Part shown: positions 57,559 through 64,000 of the stretch, piece by piece
Layout of the letters: every line of letters begins with the position of its first letter
How positions within the stretch are numbered: position 1 is the first letter of the stretch
Notes under the pieces: generated by a model
Databases searched by the model: none
What the model saw: the letters and a program-made list of their open reading frames with translations, nothing else
Told to the model about the DNA's origin: nothing
DNA from: a virus
Lineage: Duplodnaviria; Caudoviricetes
DNA: 64,000 nucleotides
Direction: 5' to 3' (one strand)
Virus record (IMG/VR): IMGVR_UViG_3300011008_000021
Location: 1 to 64,000 of that record
Translations under genes and position numbers: made by a program

Positions 57559-60500
57559 TCAGTCAGTAATCTCACCTGCTACAATAAGGTCTGAATTCAG
57601 AACCTTAAGATCGTACAGAGTTGACCAACCTTGTGATGTACCACCATCAGCATACTGAAGAAGCTGAGTAGGAACAATAGGCATGTAAGGTGCATACACA
57701 GCAACTGAACTCATTAAGTCGTCACCGTTAACACCAACTAAATATCTGTTTGCAGCAATTGCTGGTGAAACAAAGACCTTTAACCCATTGAGGGTACCTG
57801 CAAAATATGGACCGTTGATTGATCCAGTAGGAGCTGCGTTCCATCCATCAATAAATGTAAGGATAGGAATAATATTAGATGCAACTACCATATAGTTAGG
57901 AGCAACATTAATCTTTAATATGATTCGCTACATCATATTGGGAATTTTTATTCCCCACTTATTTTCATAAGTGATGAGACTATATCTTCATCTTTTCGGA
58001 TGTGACTTACTTCCACTTCGCTTGAAGTGTACTCCCTTTCGGGATAGTCGTTGGGGCTGAATCCCATTAGGATTCCTGCCTGCTGATTATCCAATCCTAC
58101 AACTTTTTAAACCATCATATATTCATTACTGATATATTGTGGTATGTAGGCTCTAAGGATTTTCCAGCATATCAAGTCATTTATTATTCAAACATGTTTC
58201 CATGTAAGCGAGACTTGTTTACCTAATTGTAAACTTGATTTATCAATATATTTGTTATATATTATGCTGCTAATAATAAATCAGTTAATCTCTTTGTCTT
58301 ATCGTAGATAAGTTGTCTTGCAATCTCAACTATCTCAGTAAATCCTGCATAGTGATCTCTCTTGCTAACACCAACAGGAAGTGTCTTGCTCCATGCAAGT
58401 GCGGTCTGTGCAGTTCCTGCTGTTTCATCAAGTAACTGAACTACTTCTGTATCAATTTCATATGAAAGCTGTCCAACTGCCTTCTCAGCTAACTGATCTC
58501 CAAGATCAAATCCATAATCAGTCTTAGCTTGGAATGCTGCCATTTGGCTTGCGTATCTTACGTTTATATCGTTTCCATATAAACTCTATATATTACTACA
58601 TAGGCGGGACTATATCATATTCTTAATTTCTTTTACCAAAACTAAGAATCCATGCACTTCGATTCCACTTAGAATCTACTCTACTTTCTTGTTCACTTAT
58701 GTCTTTCTCATAAGATATGATTTCGATAGTCTCTGAACTTTACTTTCATAATAGAAAGTCTTAGCTGCTGATTGTCCTATTAGCATGGCAATTCTAATAG
58801 GAGTTTCCAGCAATTCACATGGTTTTTCATAATTTATTTCATTAAACTCAATTTGGATAAATCACTTCATAATTTAAATTATTAAGAGTTGCATAATTTC
58901 TTTTTTGAACATCCCTTTTTGTCCAAACATCTATAATCATATTAGACCAATCTGTATTATCTTTCTTTAACTGCTCTAATAATTTTAAATCGTCTGAATT
59001 ATTTTCATCAAATGGATGTCCACCATGGGATGGGTGATAATTAACTTCTATAAATTTATCTTCTGACTTAATATAAAAATCACAATCAAAAGGGTATCTC
59101 TCATCAGAATATTGTCTAACAATATCTGACTCATCATACATTTCTAATAAACACTTGTATAATTCTTCTTCAGGTTTTGACTTATTAAAAGAATTATTCT
59201 TTTTCATTGTTTCAAAATGCTGATTCCAAATATCCTTATTCTTTAAAGGATTTGTTACACCATAATTCTTTAACAATGTCTTTGTATATTTATCTCTACT
59301 TTCAGGAACTAAATTAGGTGATTTTTGACCATATCTTTCCAACATAGTATTTTCATATTTCTGTTGAGCTTCTTCGGTCTTTTTAGAATCACTTATTTTC
59401 TTCCTTATCTCTGGACTTTGATTGTGTTCTTTATAACCATATCTTTCTAAACTTGTTTGTTGTGCTTTTTCATAATTATTATAATTAGCATCTCCATATC
59501 TATCAAGCTTAGTTTGTTTTACCTTTTCAACATTTGTTAAACTCTTTTTACCATATCGTTTCATCATGGTTGAATTACGAGCTTCTCTAAAATGTTTCTT
59601 TTGTTCATCGGTTAAATATCTTCTACCCATATTTACTCTCCTAATAGTAAAAATATATAAATGTAGTAATCTAAAGAATTTAGGACTTCTTTAAAAACAG
59701 TTTGCAACCTGCTGTCCTACATTATAATCATATTATAACACAATTATAATGATTTGTAAATTGAGATTTAATTTATAAAATTAAGCTACAGCTTTTAAGT
59801 CTTTATAGTAGACTGCGATTCTTCTGGCCTTTGCAATTAATGGAATGCTCTTCATTTCAGCCTTAAGCATTGGAAGATCATTTTGAGGAATTACAACATT
59901 ATCGTAAACATAAGCAACTTTAACAGTATCAGTAGCTCCAATAGCAGTACCAGTACCATTTGAAAGAGTTAATGTTTTTCCATCGGTTGCAACAGTAACT
60001 GATGCATCATCTGCAACAGGAACTGCAACTCCAGCAGATGTGGTTATAGAAGTAATTCTTGCTTTTGATGCTGTATCAGGTCCATTATAAACTGGGAACC
60101 AAGAAGCAGTAACAGCAGCATTGGCACCTGTGAATGATTCTACCACTCTTGCAGCAGTATAATTAGGATCAACATTTCCTAATTTAAATGGGCTGTTAAA
60201 GACATCGCCGTTAGTGGTTTCGCCCTTTGTAGACCCAGCCTGATATTCAATCAATCATGTTAATCATAAATATTCTTAATATATAACTTTATAATTTAAA
60301 TTATTTTCTTTAGCAACTCTTTGTTTTTCAACATCTCTCACTGTCCATGTTTGAATAGCATTTTGATAAAATTGAGATGTTTTAGCTTTTTCTTTCCACT
60401 CATTAAGTTGCTGAATACATTCTTCATCATCTGGATTAAATGGTTTACCACCATGTGTCCAATGAGCATTTAACTCTATAAATAAATCATCTTCTACAAT

Positions 60501-63473
60501 ATAGAAATCACAATAAAATGGATATCTATCCTTATCCTTGTAATTTCTTAATATTGTTTTATTAGAATAATCTTTTAATAATGATTCATATAATTCATTT
60601 TCAGGCTTAGATGTATTAAAAGAATTATTCTTTTTTCTTGTCAAATACTGTTTATTAGTTTTAATAATGAGTCTATCTTTAGGAAGGTGTTTACCTTTTA
60701 AAGAAATGGAATTAGATTCTCCAATTCTCCTTTTATGTTCCTCAGATAAGTGTTTGCCTTTATTATAACTCGTAGAACCATATCGTTCTATTCTTGTGTT
60801 ATTGGAATGTTCGGAATAACTTCTAACACGCTTATCCGTATCCTTGGTTAAACCTTTATTCCAAACACTGATCTCATTAGTAGAATATCTTTCTTTAAGT
60901 GTTTTACTTATTTTTTCTTTTACTTCTTTTGAAACAGATTTACCTTTATTTGAAGGACTTCTACCAATACGTTTTTTTCTGTTTTCTTCCTTGTGTTTTT
61001 CAGAAACACCTTTTATCCACCCTTCATTTAGATATCTCTGTAATTCATTTGGATAAATTCTTTTTTCCAAATCATCCTTATGAATAACTATTCTACCTTT
61101 TTGAGTATTTGAACATTTTTCTGATTTATTCATTTGTTGAATTCTCCATAAAGAATATATAATTTAAAATTATTACATTATAAGTTATGGCTTATAATGT
61201 TTGAGGTCATATATCAGTAATATCAAATTCTTAATATTACTATTAAGTTCAGACTATATCATATTCCTATATCGTGTTAACCTTTATAGGAATCCATGCA
61301 CTTCGGATATTCCATAATATCCTACTCTACTCACTTACCATATAAAGTATTTCTCTTTATAATCCGTTTTCGATAGTCGTTGAACCTTCCTATTGATTAA
61401 TCATATTATAATTAGTGAAATTCGTCAATAGGCTTGGCTTCTGATTGTCCTGCTGGCTAATACAGGATATTCCAGAAATTCACATGGTATTTTTTCATAT
61501 GCATTACTGCATACGCATACTGAATTTCAATATGTGACATATCCAGACATAGAACTCATCAATTATGTTACGAATATATCGTTTCCATATATTCTCATTA
61601 TATTACTATAATGTTCAGACTATATCATTATCCTATATTCTATTACCGTTTATAGGATACCACACATTTCGAAAATACTTATTTTCTACTCTACTCACTT
61701 ACCATATAAAGTATTTCTCTTTATAATCCGCTTTCGATAGTCGTTGAACCTTCTTCTTTTTAAAGAAGCTTGGCTGCTGATTGTCCTAAATACTATGTCA
61801 TATATATATAGGGTTTTCCAGCAATTAATGTGGTTTTACATATTGTTTAATTTATTTATCTATAATAAGTCCGTTTGGATATATAATTTTAAAATTTAAA
61901 TTATTGTTTCTAAAAGTTTGAAGTTTTTTTGGATCTATTTCGGTCCACCATTTATAGATATTCCAATATCTACTTCTTGGACCTTTCTGTTCAGCTTTAG
62001 ATCTAATTTGTTCTGCTTCTTTTATATGTTCTTCATTATTAGGATCAAAAGGTCTTCCATTATGTTCTATTGTTCCATTTACTTCAATAAATAAATCTTC
62101 TGAAGCAATATAGATATCACAATTATATGGATAACGAACATCTCTATATGGATGAATTACATCTTCTTCACCATATTCTTGTATCAACTCATTTATTAGA
62201 TCTTTTTCTACTTTTGATGAGTTGAAGCTACTATTTTTCTTTTTAGTAGAATATTCTTTTTGTTTTGCAAGTTCCCAATCTTTTACAAAACATTCATGTC
62301 CTTTTAGTTTATTGCTAGCAGACATCAAAGAAGCATTTGTTTCTTTAGTTAAGCCTTTATTCCAAGGTACATGACCCATCATGGATTGAGATTGCTTTAA
62401 TTTTCTCTCTTCACTTGCAGGTATTCCTTTATTCCAAGGTTCTTTTCCTTTTCGATAAAGACTTAATTTTTTAGAAATAGTTTCTAAACTATCATTTGTA
62501 TCCTTAGTTAACCCTTTGTTCCAAGAAACATAATTTCCTTTTTGTAATCTTGTTTCCTTTGTTGCTTGTCCATTAGCTTTAACTCTTTCATCTGTTTCAG
62601 CAGTTAAACCTTTATTCCAAGGATTAGATTTAAAGGTTCTTCCTGGATAAAAACCAAGCGGTATATCATCACCAGGTTTTAACTTGATAGTTCTAACTCC
62701 ATTAGTGAAAAATTTTATTTTATCCCCTTCATAAATATCTTCTATCAACTTAAATTTAAATTTCACAATAAATAAATTAATATATGTATCATTATATATT
62801 ACTACATAATGCCCCTGAGGTTAAGGGTGAACAATTACAAGATCGTTGGCAATTAAATTCGGAAGTGCGACATTTGTTAAATTTAAACAAAATTTCTTAA
62901 ACATTCCCATGTCTGCTCTCTGAGTAGCAGAAGAAGCATCAAATGCCTCGTTTAAGAAATCTTGAGTGTTCTTTAAGCAACGAGCCAGTGTAATTTTTCT
63001 ATTATTATCCATCTTTTCTCCAAGATGTGATTTTCCGTAGACTGACTCAGCAATTTGAATTCTCTTTTTATCAAATATGTTACGAATTAATCGTGTCCAT
63101 TAATTCTCTATATGTTTCCATATAGTTCAGACTATATCATATACCTCAATTGTTTTAACCTTTTAAGGTACCCCATCACTTCGAAAATACTATTTTCTAC
63201 TCTACTTTGTTATTCATATAAGTATTTCTCTTATATTATCATTTCGATAGTCGTTGAACCTTCCGTTCAAAGAACGGCTTGGCTGCTGATTATCCCTGGC
63301 TAAAGGATTTTCCAGCAATTCAATGGGTTTTATTAAACTAATGTTTATTTATTAATAACTAAATTTTTATATATTATTTCAAAATTTAAATTATTATCTC
63401 TAAATATTAGTTCCACATATTACTATGTGGAAGCTCAAAAAATTTAAGCTTCAACTAAATTCTGATTAGCCAT
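57559..63473 (-). CDS. major capsid protein (T4 gp23-like), 453 aa, six exons: 63473-63446, 63071-62824, 61559-61530, 60251-59805, 58549-58288, 57905-57559
   Basis: Exons sum to 1362 nt and join in one frame: LPNLIANDLVIVHP|MSSMSGYVTY|IEY, AKARRIAVYY|SQMAAF, LSYEIDTE, KR|FAPNYMV, VYAPYMP (gp23-like motifs). Confidence 0.92.
57906..58287 (-). mobile_element. group I intron 5 of the capsid gene (382 nt, no ORF)
   Basis: P1 GAGAU/GUCUC with U-G; core UGCUGGAAA, AAUCAGCAGG, CAACGACUA, AAGAUAUAGUCU; ends AUG (omega-G). Confidence 0.9.
58848..59630 (-). CDS. intron-encoded Vsr-like (EDxHD/PD-(D/E)XK) homing endonuclease with YG repeats
   Basis: Repeated T..E/KRYG units; SKPE..RYPFDCDFYI..FIEVNYHPSHG. 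Confidence 0.8.
   Translation of the reverse strand: MGRRYLTDEQKKHFREARNSTMMKRYGKKSLTNVEKVKQTKLDRYGDANYNNYEKAQQTSLERYGYKEHNQSPEIRKKISDSKKTEEAQQKYENTMLERYGQKSPNLVPESRDKYTKTLLKNYGVTNPLKNKDIWNQHFETMKKNNSFNKSKPEEELYKCLLEMYDESDIVRQYSDERYPFDCDFYIKSEDKFIEVNYHPSHGGHPFDENNSDDLKLLEQLKKDNTDWSNMIIDVWTKRDVQKRNYATLNNLNYEVIYPN
59732..59760 (-). promoter_or_regulatory. sigmaA-type promoter inside intron 4, upstream of the endonuclease ORF
   Basis: TTTACA, 17 nt, TGnTATAAT. Confidence 0.65.
60252..61529 (-). mobile_element. group I intron 3 of the capsid gene (1278 nt, ORF 3' of the core)
   Basis: P1 CAUAU/GUAUG; P4 covariant UUUCUG/CAGAAG; UUCAACGACUA; AUGAUAUAGUCU; ends UUG. Confidence 0.9.
60276..61133 (-). 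CDS. intron-encoded Vsr-like homing endonuclease with NUMOD3-like repeats
   Basis: NKGK..SEEHK repeats, WNKGLT; SKPE..RYPFYCDFYI..FIELNAHWTHG. Confidence 0.8.
   Translation of the reverse strand: MNKSEKCSNTQKGRIVIHKDDLEKRIYPNELQRYLNEGWIKGVSEKHKEENRKKRIGRSPSNKGKSVSKEVKEKISKTLKERYSTNEISVWNKGLTKDTDKRVRSYSEHSNNTRIERYGSTSYNKGKHLSEEHKRRIGESNSISLKGKHLPKDRLIIKTNKQYLTRKKNNSFNTSKPENELYESLLKDYSNKTILRNYKDKDRYPFYCDFYIVEDDLFIELNAHWTHGGKPFNPDDEECIQQLNEWKEKAKTSQFYQNAIQTWTVRDVEKQRVAKENNLNYKVIY
61560..62823 (-). mobile_element. group I intron 2 of the capsid gene (1264 nt, ORF 5' of the core)
   Basis: P1 CCCU/GGGG; AAUUGCUGGAAA, AAUCAGCAGCCAAG, UUCAACGACUA, AUGAUAUAGUCU; ends UUG. Confidence 0.9.
61852..62766 (-). 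CDS. intron-encoded Vsr-like homing endonuclease with WNKG repeats
   Basis: Four (P/S)WNKG(LT) repeats; SKVE..RYPYNCDIYI..FIEVNG...H. Confidence 0.8.
   Translation of the reverse strand: MKFKFKLIEDIYEGDKIKFFTNGVRTIKLKPGDDIPLGFYPGRTFKSNPWNKGLTAETDERVKANGQATKETRLQKGNYVSWNKGLTKDTNDSLETISKKLSLYRKGKEPWNKGIPASEERKLKQSQSMMGHVPWNKGLTKETNASLMSASNKLKGHECFVKDWELAKQKEYSTKKKNSSFNSSKVEKDLINELIQEYGEEDVIHPYRDVRYPYNCDIYIASEDLFIEVNGTIEHNGRPFDPNNEEHIKEAEQIRSKAEQKGPRSRYWNIYKWWTEIDPKKLQTFRNNNLNFKIIYPNGLIIDK
63072..63445 (-). mobile_element. group I intron 1 of the capsid gene (374 nt)
   Basis: P1 GAAGCUU/GAGCUUC with U-G; full P4/P7 core motifs; ends UUG. Confidence 0.9.
63345..63407 (-). pseudogene. 3'-terminal remnant of a deleted endonuclease ORF in intron 1
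   Basis: IFRDNNLNFEIIYKNLVINK* versus intron-2 ORF end TFRNNNLNFKIIYPNGLIIDK*. Confidence 0.75.
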
Positions 63474-63588
63474 TTTATATATTTAACCTCATTTTTATTT
63501 ATTTAATTTTTAATGTGCGATATATAGTACAATAATATACTTCTTAAAATAAGCAAGCACACAATGTGCTATATCAACTATGCTACAT

Positions 63589-64000
63589 TTATTTTAAACC
63601 TGCTAAAGATATTAATCCATCATCTATCTCGTCATCGAAATTACTTGCAGGAATCGGTAAATCGATCTTAGGTGATGAAATTTTCAGTTGAGTATTTTCA
63701 GTAAGTTTTCTAAATGGTAACTTACTCATATTTAATTTATACTCTTGTAGACTTTCACAAATAGAATCTATATCACTGAAAGTATAAGAAGAAGGAAGTT
63801 TATTTTTTATCTCATTACTTGTTACACCAAGTTTCACTGCCTGAGAATCAATATATTTATCAATTGCTCTGTTAGCAATTTTCTTATATTTCTCGACTAA
63901 CTTATTAGCTGATTCTAATTTGTTGTTATACTCTGATTGTTTTAATTTAAAGTCCTTATCAAGATCAGCTAAATTTTCATTTAAAGATTTTAATTGATCA
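63589..64000 (-). CDS. C-terminal part of a prohead scaffold/protease-like coiled-coil protein (starts beyond the window)
   Basis: Frame open to the window edge, coiled coil with LNE/LES/LTE sites, immediately upstream of the capsid gene. Confidence 0.6.
   Translation of the reverse strand, partial: DQLKSLNENLADLDKDFKLKQSEYNNKLESANKLVEKYKKIANRAIDKYIDSQAVKLGVTSNEIKNKLPSSYTFSDIDSICESLQEYKLNMSKLPFRKLTENTQLKISSPKIDLPIPASNFDDEIDDGLISLAGLK

Larger units (their letters stand above)
58550..59804 (-). mobile_element. group I intron 4 of the capsid gene (1255 nt, endonuclease ORF; terminal nucleotide apparently A)
   Basis: P1 CUAU/GUAG; core AAUUGCUGGAAA, AAUCAGCAGC, UCAGAGACUA, AUGAUAUAGUCC. Confidence 0.88.

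Noticed and set aside
848-61087. All short plus-strand ORFs and nested alternative-frame minus ORFs in the track (e.g. 13048-13542, 21688-21960, 8650-8856, 40439-40702)
   Set aside because: They are antisense or out-of-frame shadows of well-supported genes, with no RBS or recognisable motifs
63112-63303. 63-aa plus-strand ORF
   Set aside because: It is the antisense of the group I intron 1 catalytic core
57559-63473. Capsid fragments as a pseudogene or separate small genes
   Set aside because: Splice-site helices and an exact in-frame join explain every fragment
1-64000. tRNA, rRNA, integrase or diversity-generating retroelement
   Set aside because: No cloverleaf/T-loop signatures, recombinase, reverse transcriptase or TR/VR pair recognised by eye

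Overview
64 kb of a large, AT-rich, contractile-tailed (T4-like structural module) phage genome, probably infecting a Gram-positive/Firmicutes host (sigmaA-type promoters, RecU-like, CHAP). Essentially all real genes are on the minus strand. The left half (1-30.4 kb) is a replication/recombination region: SbcCD-like nuclease, a complete bacterial-type clamp loader (dnaX/holA/holB) plus beta clamp, RecA, YqaJ, RecU, SSB, primase, DnaB, DnaC-like loader, SNF2 helicase and a Rep initiator. It also holds a 7-deazaguanine-type modification cluster (two YhhQ transporters, each behind preQ1-I-like RNA pseudoknots, a DpdA/TGT-fold enzyme, a glycosyltransferase and a QueD-like protein) and a family A DNA polymerase that is fractured around an HNH gene and also interrupted by a 5-nt, stop-containing insert inside catalytic motif A. 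The right half (30.4-64 kb) is virion morphogenesis: baseplate, hub/lysin, tape measure, frameshifted chaperone, tube, sheath, neck and internal head proteins. The major capsid gene is split into six exons by five group I introns; three carry Vsr-like endonuclease ORFs, one keeps a remnant of such an ORF, and one appears to end in A rather than the near-universal omega-G. All calls come from reading motifs by eye; no searches were run.
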